DNA of 64,000 nucleotides. Origin: a virus. Positions 54,104-63,897 of the stretch are shown in pieces; position 1 is the stretch's first letter; every line of letters begins with the position of its first letter. The notes below the pieces were generated by a model that saw only the letters and a program-made list of their open reading frames with translations, made no database searches and was not told where the DNA came from. The position numbers were made by a program, and so were the translations under genes. The stretch lies in the IMG/VR virus record IMGVR_UViG_2718217807_000006. The stretch is one strand, 5' to 3'.

Positions 54104-57100
54104 TTATCCCGCCAGCATTCTGCCGCCCAATGCCACCGCCGTGGAGCGGGCCATTGACAGGGCCAGCGCCGCCGCACTGGCGCGCATACCTGTGTATCTT
54201 ATCCGTTGGGTGAAGGATCCCGACAGCTGCCCGCTGGCGCTCCTGCCGTGGCTGGCGTGGGAATACCAGGTTGATACCTGGAATATTAACTGGTCAGAAC
54301 AAAAGAAACGCGATGCGATCAAGCGCGCCCACTACATCCACCGCCATCGCGGTACGGTCGCCGCCGTCCGTCATGCCCTGGTGGACAGTCCTTTTGGGAC
54401 GGATATTGTTGAATGGTTCAACCAGAACCCGAAAGGGGATCCGTATACTTTTCGCCTGAACGTGTATCAGAACGATTTGCCGGTGACGGAATACGACCAG
54501 CAGGATCTGAAACTGGCGGTGCTGCGCGCAAGGAATCTGCGCAGCTGGTTTTCCGTTCACGTATTTGGCCGACTTCAGGGAACCTCATATGCGGCCGGTT
54601 ATATGTACGCCACGGAGAAAATCACGCCGCGCTTTGTTCCGTTGCAGGTGGTTTTATCCCGTTACGAGCTGAATCTGGCCCCTGGTGACGCGGAAACGGT
54701 CACGGTAACCATCCTCCCTGAATACGCGGAAGATAAAACCTTTACGGTAACCACGTCGGATAGAACAATTGCGACCGCCAGAATAGTCAACGGCGCTATT
54801 CTGGTTACGGGCGTGAAGCGGGGTACCTGTTCGGTCACAGTCACGACGACTAACGGCGTCAGTGCGATGATTAGTGTGAAAGTGGTCGCGGTGATGAAGT
54901 TCATCACCCGCATCGACAATGCAAGCCGTCCGTTGTTCTACGTGCGCATGGATGAGGATTTTACAATTGATTACGGCGACGGGACAGACAGCCGGGAATA
55001 CACCTTCGACCACGCGAGTGCAACCTGGGGATGGGTGATCCCCACGCGCTTTCTGGAGGAGGGCCAGGAATACACCATAACGGTTAAAAACACTGAAAGC
55101 GCCAGTTTCCAGCGCACGTCGGGTAACGTTTCAGTGACGTTGAATCCCGTGCAGGAAATCATTCTTTTGACGGGAGACAGGGACAATCTCGTTTCTTTCG
55201 CGAGTGGCGCAACCGGCCTTTACAAGGTCCATGCAGGGGCTTTTGACGATCTGCCAAATATCCAGAAATGTACCTCCATTTTCCGGGGCTGCACGTCGCT
55301 GACTGAACTGCCAGAGGGTTTATTTGCGCGGTTTACTGGTGCCACAGATTTCTCGGCGGCGTTTTATGGCTGCACGGCACTGGCTGCTGTTCCTGATAAG
55401 CTGTTCAGCGGATTATCTCAGGTGACGCTATTCACCTCAGTGTTCGAGAACTGCACGCGCCTGCTGAGTGCTGGCAAAAACACATTCCGGGGCTGTGCTG
55501 CTGCGACGCATTTCACCAGTGCGTTTTCGGGATGCGCATCCCTTATCGATACCGGGACGGGAATTTTTGACGGGTGTTTCAGTGGAAATAACTTCGGTTA
55601 TACCTTCGATGGATGCCGTGCGCTGACAACATTGTCAGCAGATTTATTCAGCGATGTGCCTGGTGGCGTCTTTACGGCGATTTTCAGAAGCTGCACGGCG
55701 CTGACGCAGCTACCGCCGCGCCTGTTCCGCAACTGCCTGGAAGCTACGCATTTCGGCGGGGCATTCAGTGGATGCACGCAACTGCTTTCTGTACCTGATG
55801 AATTCTTTAAGGATTTACCCCTGGTTAACCATTTTGGAACCGTTTTTTCCGGCTGTTCTTCACTGGTAAAAGCGGGAAAAGCTGTGTTTTCTGGCTGTGC
55901 GCTTGCGCAAACATTTTCCTCCGCTTTTTACTATTGCCGTGTTCTGGAAGAAGTGGGCGATGATATTTTTGAGGGGTGTGTCAGTGCAACTACCTTTGCC
56001 AGCGTCTTCAATAGTTGCACAGCATTAACGGCGCTACCGTCGTTTGTGGACTGTAACAAGGCAACGAGCTTTGATCGGGCTTTCTATGCCTGTTCTTCAC
56101 TGACAGCCGTCAGAGCAGAGGCCTTTGCAGGTAAATCACTGGTCACGACGTTCTATTATGCATTCACCCAATGTACATCCCTGAAAACCATAGGGGCCGG
56201 GGCATTCCGTGACTGTAGTTCCCTGACTAATCTGACCTATACATTTATGGGCTGCACGGCGCTGGTATCGCTGGCCGGGGATATGTTTGCAGGATGCAGC
56301 AAAGTGACGAATGTCACCGGCCTGTTTAATCAGTGCTCGGGCCTTGCCGTACTGCCTGAAAAGCTGTTCAGCGATCTGACCTCTCTGACGGCAATGGGGA
56401 GCACCTTCCAGGACTGCACCGCGCTGGCCGCGCTGCCATCTGATCTGTTTGCGGGTTGTGTCAACCTGACTTCCCTGGCGCTGACCTTCTCCGGCTGTAC
56501 TGCGCTGGCGGTATTGCCTGCTGATTTACTGAAATATAACACCTTGCTGATCAGTGCCGGTTCTACGTTCTACGGCTGCTCGGCACTGGTGAACATTCCG
56601 CCGTCGCTGTTTGCATCGTGCCCGCTTATCACCGCATTTGGCGCAACGTTCCAGAATACCGGCGTGGTGGAAATACCGGAAAACCTGTTCAGTGGTAACC
56701 CGCTGGTGACGGCATACGGCCAGACCTTCAGGGGATGTAAAAACCTGCGCTCAGTGCCAGCCGGTCTTTTTGTCGCCAGTATCAACGCCACGACATTCAC
56801 TAATGTGTTTGCCGAGTGCGTCGCACTGGAAGAGGTCGGGGTCGGTCTGCTGAATAACTTACCGGCCACGACAATCGGCTACCTGTTTGACGGCTGCGTG
56901 CAACTGAGAACCAACGTCAGCACGATATTCAACCTCAGCAGTTATTCGACGATTGTCACCACGACGGCCACATTCAGGGGATGCTCTGCCATTACGGGCA
57001 AAGGCCTGGAGTTTATGGGCAAAGTGCCAAACGTCACGGCGCATTATTACGCGTTCTACAACTGCACAAGCCTGGACGATTTCACAGATTTACCCGGTAA

Positions 57101-57122
57101 CTGGATAACGAATAAATTATGA
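54093..57122 (+). CDS. I: gpI tail protein fused to Ig-like domain(s) and BspA-like leucine-rich repeats (1009 aa)
   Basis: SILPPNATAVE..CPLALLPWLAWEYQVDTW gpI domain; Big_2-like segment; ~25-aa F.GCT.L..LP..LF repeats. Confidence 0.88.
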   Translation: MTANYPASILPPNATAVERAIDRASAAALARIPVYLIRWVKDPDSCPLALLPWLAWEYQVDTWNINWSEQKKRDAIKRAHYIHRHRGTVAAVRHALVDSPFGTDIVEWFNQNPKGDPYTFRLNVYQNDLPVTEYDQQDLKLAVLRARNLRSWFSVHVFGRLQGTSYAAGYMYATEKITPRFVPLQVVLSRYELNLAPGDAETVTVTILPEYAEDKTFTVTTSDRTIATARIVNGAILVTGVKRGTCSVTVTTTNGVSAMISVKVVAVMKFITRIDNASRPLFYVRMDEDFTIDYGDGTDSREYTFDHASATWGWVIPTRFLEEGQEYTITVKNTESASFQRTSGNVSVTLNPVQEIILLTGDRDNLVSFASGATGLYKVHAGAFDDLPNIQKCTSIFRGCTSLTELPEGLFARFTGATDFSAAFYGCTALAAVPDKLFSGLSQVTLFTSVFENCTRLLSAGKNTFRGCAAATHFTSAFSGCASLIDTGTGIFDGCFSGNNFGYTFDGCRALTTLSADLFSDVPGGVFTAIFRSCTALTQLPPRLFRNCLEATHFGGAFSGCTQLLSVPDEFFKDLPLVNHFGTVFSGCSSLVKAGKAVFSGCALAQTFSSAFYYCRVLEEVGDDIFEGCVSATTFASVFNSCTALTALPSFVDCNKATSFDRAFYACSSLTAVRAEAFAGKSLVTTFYYAFTQCTSLKTIGAGAFRDCSSLTNLTYTFMGCTALVSLAGDMFAGCSKVTNVTGLFNQCSGLAVLPEKLFSDLTSLTAMGSTFQDCTALAALPSDLFAGCVNLTSLALTFSGCTALAVLPADLLKYNTLLISAGSTFYGCSALVNIPPSLFASCPLITAFGATFQNTGVVEIPENLFSGNPLVTAYGQTFRGCKNLRSVPAGLFVASINATTFTNVFAECVALEEVGVGLLNNLPATTIGYLFDGCVQLRTNVSTIFNLSSYSTIVTTTATFRGCSAITGKGLEFMGKVPNVTAHYYAFYNCTSLDDFTDLPGNWITNKL

Positions 57123-57334
57123 AAACATTCAATCAAATTAAAAGCCTGATCGGATTTTGCCAGACCGATGAATTTTTCCTTGAATACCTGCAAATGCTCC
57201 AGGCTGCGGGAGTTATTCATCCCGTTGAAAGCGATATTGATGCCGACAGCAAAACAGTCAGTGAAGATTTTTACAATCGCCTTGCAAGTGTGTATGGCAT
57301 TGAAGCAGAGGAAACACTATGGCAACAGGACTGA
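57119..57334 (+). CDS. Small acidic protein between gpI-LRR and gpH
   Basis: 71-aa ORF overlapping both neighbours. Confidence 0.6.
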   Translation: MKTFNQIKSLIGFCQTDEFFLEYLQMLQAAGVIHPVESDIDADSKTVSEDFYNRLASVYGIEAEETLWQQD

Positions 57335-58560
57335 CACTAACGACGGCGGGCGCCGCTGAAATCGAGGCCGCGTATCAGGCGGGGGAGGTTGTGGATATTA
57401 CCGCCGTACTGATCGGCGATGGTGGCGGCGTGACATTGCCGACAGATCCCGATGACCTGGCGGCGGTGACGGCGCTTTTTGGTCAGTTTGGCCGTGAAAC
57501 CTTTGATTCTGATTCAAGCTATGAGGGGTTTATCAGCGGTCAGATTGTTATCAATTGCAGGGATTATCCGGGTAAGACGCTCAGAGAGGCGGGACTGGTC
57601 AGCGCTAAGGGTACGCTCATCGCTTACGGCGTATACCCGGCGACCTACCTCCCGGCGCAATCTGATTCCATTATCAAAGAGATCATTCTGACGCTGGTGC
57701 TGACGTTGACCCATACCTCAAGCGTGCAGCTTGTTATCGATCCGGCGCTTGCCACTCTCACGCAGGAAACGGGTGATAAACGCTATCTGCGGCGAACACA
57801 AAACCTTGGTGATTTAAACGATACAGAAGAGGCCCGGGATAATCTGGAGCTGGGGAATTCAGCCACGCGGAACGTGGGCACCACGGCGGAAACGGTGGCG
57901 GCGGGAGATGATTCACGCATTACCGGCGCACTGCAAAAAGAAAGTAACCTCTCTGATTTAACCGATACCGCAGAAGCGCGGGAAAATCTGGAGCTGGGGA
58001 ATTCAGCCACGCGGGACGTGGGCACCTCGGAGGGAATGGTGGCGGCGGGAGATGATTCACGCATTACCGGCGCACTGCAAAAAGAGAGTAACCTCTCTGA
58101 TTTAACCAACGCTGCAAGTGCGCGCGAGAATCTGGGGCTGAACAGTGACGGCGAGGGGTTTAAGGGTATCGTTGACGCCATTCTTTATCCTGGGATCATT
58201 ATCCCTGGCGAAAAAAGCCCGGCTGAGCGTTTTCCGTGGCAGACCTGGGAGAGTTTAAGCAATGCTTTTGCTGACAGGGTAGTACGCATTGGATCTCAGC
58301 ACGGTGCGACCGGCGGCAGCAATAAGGTAAAAATCGCAGCCAGCAACCTTCCGCCGCACTGGCACAAATCGGGTGATAGATCACCTGGTGAGACCTGGGA
58401 TCCGACCACGACACACGGCACGGACAACCAGAAGAGCGGGCCGCTCAATATGACAGCAGGAACCTATATCGACGCAGCGGGCGAGCAGGAAACCGCAAAC
58501 GAATCACTCGATGTGACTAACGAATACGTCACCCTCTGCTTGTGGAAACGCACGGCATAA
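57319..58560 (+). CDS. H: Short tail fibre (gpH-like)
   Basis: LTTAGAAE..IGDGGG..LREAGL N-terminus; NLSDL..AR.NL.L repeats; EYVTLCLWKRTA end. Confidence 0.85.
   Translation: MATGLTLTTAGAAEIEAAYQAGEVVDITAVLIGDGGGVTLPTDPDDLAAVTALFGQFGRETFDSDSSYEGFISGQIVINCRDYPGKTLREAGLVSAKGTLIAYGVYPATYLPAQSDSIIKEIILTLVLTLTHTSSVQLVIDPALATLTQETGDKRYLRRTQNLGDLNDTEEARDNLELGNSATRNVGTTAETVAAGDDSRITGALQKESNLSDLTDTAEARENLELGNSATRDVGTSEGMVAAGDDSRITGALQKESNLSDLTNAASARENLGLNSDGEGFKGIVDAILYPGIIIPGEKSPAERFPWQTWESLSNAFADRVVRIGSQHGATGGSNKVKIAASNLPPHWHKSGDRSPGETWDPTTTHGTDNQKSGPLNMTAGTYIDAAGEQETANESLDVTNEYVTLCLWKRTA
57841..58128 (+). repeat. Tandem 144-bp (48-aa) duplication inside gpH
   Basis: aatctggagctggggaattcagccacgcgg at 57841 and 57985; gcgggagatgattcacgcattaccggcgcactgcaaaaaga in both units. 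Confidence 0.92.
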
Positions 58561-58588
58561 AAAACACGGTCAGCAATGACCGTGTTTG
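58561..58588. terminator. Hairpin terminator after gpH
   Basis: aaacacggtca-gcaa-tgaccgtgttt. Confidence 0.75.
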
Positions 58589-58761
58589 CCGGTCTTGGAT
58601 ATCGTCAAATGCATTAGCTCAAGCTTGACCTTTAACACAAAATCAAATTTGAGAGTCAGCTTTGAGCGAAGAGCAGAAGTTCGAAGCAGCTCTAACCTAG
58701 ATTGGATTCATTTTTAACAAATTTTATCAAAATTAAACTCTAAATATCATCACACATGTAT

Positions 58762-59634
58762 TCATCCGTAATATACATGTTTTGATTTGTGCTTACCTTC
58801 AATAATTTCAATTATCGCTGATTCTTTCCAAACAATTGCTAGGTCGGGATAAATACTACTTCCGGAGTGTATTAATTGAGAGCGTCCTGAATAGACTCCT
58901 CCAAAGGTATAGCATTGTGACATAATCATATCGTCAATATTTTCCTTTCCTTTTGGCAAAGTAAATCCATTTGATTTTATAAATACAGCAGAGCCTGACA
59001 TGCCAGTTTTAGTTGTGGCTGTATCAATAAAATACTTAGGTAGTTTGTCAATATTTACATCATGTTCAGAAGCTACACTACCTCTTTTCCATATTGGTAG
59101 ATTCCCCCCGGCAACCATACCTAGAGGATAACCGATGAGGAATGCATCCATACCAGCTTTAATATCAAAATCTTCCAAATTCAGCTCATCTGAATTAACA
59201 GGAAAAATAGCAAACCCATTTTCTTTTAAGGTTTTCATAGTGTCGTTAACAGGTATTGCAATTATATCGACCTTGTTCTCATGGTTTGGATGTTCAAACC
59301 ATATAGGAGCATATTCACCATTGTCCTCCTCGTATAAATTAAGTTTAAGAACATTTCCCCATGATAAATAAAAAGAGTTACCTACAGCCTCTATTCTTTT
59401 AGGAAGATAAAGAGCCATGAGGTTAGGAACTGATAAATTGATGGTATCTAATGGCTTTCCGGTTAAGGAGTTTCTTCCTGTAACGTTATGCCAGTTTGTT
59501 ATTAAATAGATCTTCTCATTAAAACAATAAAAAAATGCAGTGGCTGTACTCAGAATCGTTAACTCATCGCTGTCAGCATTCTCTCTACACATTTCTATCT
59601 TAAATGAAGTTAAACTTAAATTGTTAATTGACAT
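58762..59634 (-). CDS. Trypsin-like serine protease (moron)
   Basis: ITNWHNV (His), VDIIAI (Asp), GMSGSAV (Ser); AT-rich; no signal peptide seen. Confidence 0.85.
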   Translation of the reverse strand: MSINNLSLTSFKIEMCRENADSDELTILSTATAFFYCFNEKIYLITNWHNVTGRNSLTGKPLDTINLSVPNLMALYLPKRIEAVGNSFYLSWGNVLKLNLYEEDNGEYAPIWFEHPNHENKVDIIAIPVNDTMKTLKENGFAIFPVNSDELNLEDFDIKAGMDAFLIGYPLGMVAGGNLPIWKRGSVASEHDVNIDKLPKYFIDTATTKTGMSGSAVFIKSNGFTLPKGKENIDDMIMSQCYTFGGVYSGRSQLIHSGSSIYPDLAIVWKESAIIEIIEGKHKSKHVYYG

Positions 59635-59883
59635 TATAACCCCTTATTTTAACTTTTTGGTTCCGGCGGATAAAACAGCAATATAAACACTACGTGAAAG
59701 TAAATTGCGAATGATCATAGGCTAAACCAATGATAATGTCACTTGACATGAAAGATTGCGGCGTAAAGAATGTCCGCCCCTGGCACAGAGCCGCCTGTCA
59801 GACTAGGTTTGGCTCTGTGCAGTAGATGTTTCAGGATAAATTTAATCTAATAGAAGTTTCGTCATTAATGACAGTGCTGTAGC

Positions 59884-60375
59884 TCAGGAGGTCAGACCGC
59901 CTAGCGTCTCCTGAGCTGTATTTAATGCAGTCTCTGCACCTTCTTTCAGTGTTGCCATCAGGTCGCTGACAGAGGCGCTTTGCAGCCCCTCCCTGATATC
60001 CTCATCAACCCTTTGTAGTGAAAGCGTGAACTCAATTTTTTTGGCCTTACCATAACGATCAAATTCCTGGTGCGTTTCCTGTAACCCCGTGATGACATAC
60101 ATCCCGTAAATCGAGCCAACCCCATCAATTAAAGGCCAGGCCAGTCCGGTATACGCCATCGTTGAGACGGCACCCAGCGACAGGTTGCCGCCGGTAATTT
60201 CTGGATAGAGCAGCCCGCCCAGCGTCAGCTGATTTTCGCCCGCGCCCACGTACTGCCATTTTGCGCTACGGCCAACACGATCATTTTTGACGTGCCGCCA
60301 GTTACGGGACAGCTGCAACTGCTGATAGGGCAGCGTCCTGAGTTCAAATACAAAAAGTCCTAATACCATCATCAT
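59884..60375 (-). CDS. U: Tail protein gpU
   Basis: MMVLGLFVFELRTLPYQ...KKIEFTLSLQRVD. Confidence 0.92.
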   Translation of the reverse strand: MMMVLGLFVFELRTLPYQQLQLSRNWRHVKNDRVGRSAKWQYVGAGENQLTLGGLLYPEITGGNLSLGAVSTMAYTGLAWPLIDGVGSIYGMYVITGLQETHQEFDRYGKAKKIEFTLSLQRVDEDIREGLQSASVSDLMATLKEGAETALNTAQETLGGLTS

Positions 60376-60390
60376 CGCTATGACTCCCCA

Positions 60391-63300
60391 TTAATCGTTA
60401 TCCCTGAAGGAACCGCGGACAGCGCGCCTTTGTTTATCCATTTCCGCGCGGACAGCTTCGCCAACCAGCCGCGCCAGCTCGCGCGGGTTATCACTCCGCA
60501 CGTCATGCAAATGGACGTGGACCTCACCGGAAAAAACTCCGCCTTGCGCCGCAGCTGCCGCGCGTTTAACCTCATCCCTGCGCACTGGTTTCAGGGCAGG
60601 TGCCTGCAACACCACCGGCTCACCGGCCGCAATGATCGGACGGGCACTGACGGACTGGCGGACAAGTCGCGACTCCTGCCATTCACCCCGCACTGCCAGT
60701 GCAGGCGGCAGGTTTTTAAATACGATATCTCCCGGCCCGACGCGCTTGCGCTTTTCCTCATCTAAAAGTCCTTTTGTATTGTCTGCAATCTCACCCAGGC
60801 GACGCAGAGGCTTATCACCAGTAAGAGGCTTTTCATTTGGAGACGCATCACCTTTTGGTACTTCAGCCTTTTTAGGTGTTATCGCTCCAATGTCACCCTG
60901 AAGGAGCGTCAGCTTTTCCTGTAAAAGCGACGTCCTTTGCGCCTCCTCCAGCTTTTTACGCACTCTTTCCGTTTCGTCGGGCAAAACGCCGAGCTTTTCA
61001 AGGATCCAGGTGAGCGCGCTCAGCAAGGCTTTTGCAGGAGTCAGCGCCATCCCTAACGCGCCCGCTAATACCCTCCCGAACCTTTCACCTACGTTCGCGC
61101 ATTTGTTCAGTGTTTCCCGGTTTTGCTCCACGGGTACAAACAGCTTTTTAAACCAGCTCCAGACCTTTTTGACGCCATCACCAATCAAGCCAAAGACAGG
61201 CGCAAAACCTGCAAATGCGGTGCGAAGTGGTGCAAGCCCCTGCATCAGCCCCGTGAAGACACCCGCAAAAAACGCCTTAATTGGCCCCCAGTATTTCCAG
61301 ATCAGCACTGCCGCCGCCACAAACGCAGCACCCAGTAAACCGATCGGACTCAACAACAGTGACAGTCCTCCACCCAAGGCCGCTATCCCCGCCTTAGCCA
61401 CACCAAACAGCGCCGGAAGACCAGTCAGCCGGAACGCAAGCCCGCCAATCCCTTTAACCAGCGAGCCGAGCGCAGCGCCAGGAGAGGTAAACGCCGCGAG
61501 TAACGCGCCGCGAACGGGGGCCAGAGCACCGGCAAGGGCAGCGAAGCGCCCGCCGAGTGCGCCGATACTTTTAACCATGGCGCTGGCATGTGTGGAAATA
61601 CTCCCGAACACGATGCGCCAGCCGCTGAATTTCGCGAGCGAGCTACCCCCAACGGCAGACAGCGCCCGGAACGCGGACAGCGTGCCACCAATACCACTCC
61701 CGCCAGACAGCAGCGCAAAGCCGAGCCTGAGCTTTGCCAACGGCCCCAGCAGTAAGCCAGCAGCAAGAGACAGTCCGCCGACTGCGGCAGTCAGCGCCAG
61801 CGCAACACCACCGGCAACAAACAGCGTCTTAGCCAGTCGCGGGTTTTCTTCCACCCAGCTTTTGATATTGCCAATAACATGGCTGAGTCCCTGCGTCAGT
61901 CGGCGCAAAGGCCCGTCCACAGTTTCAGCGACAGAGATGCGAAACGCCTCCCAGGCGCTGTCCAGCTCCTTCAGATCACCGCCAAGGTTATTCGTTTTGA
62001 CCTTTGCTACCGTCCCGGCTTCGCCTGTCGAGTTTTGCAGGCTGCTAAGCAGTGTCTGCAATTCACCACTACCGGCTGACATCACAAGGGCGCGGAATGA
62101 CTTCGCCGCCTCTTCGCCTGCAATATCTTTGAAAAATGAAAGCTGATCTGTTTCGCCGTATTTTTTTACAACCTTGTAAATATCAGCCAGCACGGTTTCG
62201 GCGGGGCGCATCTTTCCGGCGGCGTCAGCAACTTCGACGCCCAATTCTTTAAGTGCGCTTTTTGCTTTACCGGTTGGCGCAGCCAGACGGGAGAAAGTCG
62301 CCTGTAAACCCGTACCTGCTATGCTGCCACGCAAACCAACGTTAGCCATTACGCCGATCATTGCCGTGGTGCGCTCAACATCAACACCCAGGCCAGCAAG
62401 GCCGGTGCCCGCGTATTTCATCGCCTCACCGATATTCATTAAATCGGTATTCGTGCGGGTAAATGCCGCAGTCAGCACATCACTGACGCGATCCATCTCT
62501 TTGGGATCAAGCCTGAACTGCGAAAGGATGTTAGAGCTGATGTCGGCGCTGGCGCCCAGGTCCATTCCTCCCGCCAATGCCATGTTAAGCACGCCGGGCA
62601 GGGCGTCACGAATAGCATCAGGTGTAAAACCCGCCATCGCGAGAAACGCCTGGCCGCTGGCGGCGTCACGCGTGGTGAAGGCGGTTTCCGCGCCGAGTTT
62701 TTTGGCCTGAGCACGCAGGGCGGCTAGCTGCGAATTGTTTTTATCGAGCCGCGTCAACGCCTGGACGTTGGACATTTCCTCATCAAAGCCCACCGCAGGC
62801 GACAGGAACCGCCCGGCACCATAACCGGCGGCGGTTGCTGTGCCGACCGCCAGCGCGCCGCCTGCGCGCAATTTCCCGGCCATCTGCTGCGCACCCTCGT
62901 AGCGCTTGCGGGCCTGAGTCACCGCAGCCAGCTGCGCTTTTTCCCGTTCAAGCGACCGGCTCAATTCATCCGTGCGGCGTATTGCATTGCTGATGGTTGC
63001 GCTGCTACCTGAGAGCATCACGCCATGCTGGCGCAATGCTGATGCGCTCTCGCGCAGGCGGGCCACCTCAGTCACGCGCTTTGCGCTCAGTCTGTCGAGG
63101 CGCTCACCCAGCCGCGTCATCAGTGTTTGCTGCCTTTCCGTCAGCGTCCCGTTTTTACGCTGCGTCTCTGACAGCCCCTCAAAGCGAGTGCGCGCACGTG
63201 AGATAGAGCGATCTGTTTTGCTGACGGCGGCAGTCATACGCTGGAATGCGGCGGTGCTCTTATCGAGGCCTTTCAGGGTGGATTGTGTTTTTCTGAGGGA

Positions 63301-63396
63301 GTCAGACAAGCCGCCCGCACTCTGGCGGGCGGCATTAACGGGGCGGGTAAACCTGTCTACTGCGCTGAATGCAACGCGGATATCAAGATTCTTCAT
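60391..63396 (-). CDS. T: Tape measure protein gpT (TP901 family core)
   Basis: AQAKKLGAETAFT, FLAMAGF, FTRTNTDL. Confidence 0.95.
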   Translation of the reverse strand: MKNLDIRVAFSAVDRFTRPVNAARQSAGGLSDSLRKTQSTLKGLDKSTAAFQRMTAAVSKTDRSISRARTRFEGLSETQRKNGTLTERQQTLMTRLGERLDRLSAKRVTEVARLRESASALRQHGVMLSGSSATISNAIRRTDELSRSLEREKAQLAAVTQARKRYEGAQQMAGKLRAGGALAVGTATAAGYGAGRFLSPAVGFDEEMSNVQALTRLDKNNSQLAALRAQAKKLGAETAFTTRDAASGQAFLAMAGFTPDAIRDALPGVLNMALAGGMDLGASADISSNILSQFRLDPKEMDRVSDVLTAAFTRTNTDLMNIGEAMKYAGTGLAGLGVDVERTTAMIGVMANVGLRGSIAGTGLQATFSRLAAPTGKAKSALKELGVEVADAAGKMRPAETVLADIYKVVKKYGETDQLSFFKDIAGEEAAKSFRALVMSAGSGELQTLLSSLQNSTGEAGTVAKVKTNNLGGDLKELDSAWEAFRISVAETVDGPLRRLTQGLSHVIGNIKSWVEENPRLAKTLFVAGGVALALTAAVGGLSLAAGLLLGPLAKLRLGFALLSGGSGIGGTLSAFRALSAVGGSSLAKFSGWRIVFGSISTHASAMVKSIGALGGRFAALAGALAPVRGALLAAFTSPGAALGSLVKGIGGLAFRLTGLPALFGVAKAGIAALGGGLSLLLSPIGLLGAAFVAAAVLIWKYWGPIKAFFAGVFTGLMQGLAPLRTAFAGFAPVFGLIGDGVKKVWSWFKKLFVPVEQNRETLNKCANVGERFGRVLAGALGMALTPAKALLSALTWILEKLGVLPDETERVRKKLEEAQRTSLLQEKLTLLQGDIGAITPKKAEVPKGDASPNEKPLTGDKPLRRLGEIADNTKGLLDEEKRKRVGPGDIVFKNLPPALAVRGEWQESRLVRQSVSARPIIAAGEPVVLQAPALKPVRRDEVKRAAAAAQGGVFSGEVHVHLHDVRSDNPRELARLVGEAVRAEMDKQRRAVRGSFRDND

Positions 63397-63601
63397 CACT
63401 GGCACCACTTCGAAGCGCCGCCCGCTTGCGCCAGGCTATCACCTCGCCAAGATCCATGCCGAAGACCTCGGAGGGCGGCCAGTTAAAAATTACGGCAATA
63501 TCAGCGACCAGATCGTCGATCTGGTCGAATGCAACGGTGATTACTCGCTCTCCGTCTCCGCCGCGCTCGATGTTCCAGGCTCCGGCGGATTCAAGAAAGG
63601 G
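63383..63601 (-). CDS. gpE' extension reached by -1 frameshift at C CCT TTC (63595-63601)
   Basis: -1 frame reads ...DDLVADIAVIFNWPPSEVFGMDLGEVIAWRKRA, the gpE' signature. Confidence 0.85.
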   Translation of the reverse strand, partial: PFLESAGAWNIERGGDGERVITVAFDQIDDLVADIAVIFNWPPSEVFGMDLGEVIAWRKRAALRSGASDEES

Positions 63602-63852
63602 ACCATCTTCTCTGCCAGACCGATAAAGTCCAGCATGTGCATTTCGTTGATTTCTTTTTGCGTCAGAGCAGGGGCGGTAACTCGCGTTAACAGCGTGGCG
63701 ATGGAATCCGCATCCATATTGGCAACCCGAATAAGGTTCAGACCGCGCAGGGATCCGGCCTGACTGATGGCGCCGGTGATCTCTACTTCGCTAATCTCGC
63801 CATCTTTACGCACAATTGGACGAGTCAATTTGAAAGTATTTTTACTGGTCAT
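63541..63852 (-). CDS. E: Tail assembly chaperone gpE
   Basis: LTRPIVRKDGEI..AGSLRGLNL..RVTAPALT. Confidence 0.9.
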   Translation of the reverse strand: MTSKNTFKLTRPIVRKDGEISEVEITGAISQAGSLRGLNLIRVANMDADSIATLLTRVTAPALTQKEINEMHMLDFIGLAEKMVPFLNPPEPGTSSAAETESE

Positions 63853-63897
63853 TTCTGATTTCTCCGGGCGACGTCACCGCCGCCCTTTTTGTTGCGA

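Noticed and set aside
55180..58128. CRISPR-like array in the repetitive tail region
   Set aside because: The repeats are in-frame protein repeats without unique spacers; no cas genes in the window.
61010..62146. 378-aa antisense ORF (also 62972..63763, 43235..43906, 46183..46917, 47644..48453)
   Set aside because: Shadow ORFs opposite conserved structural genes; low-complexity translations.
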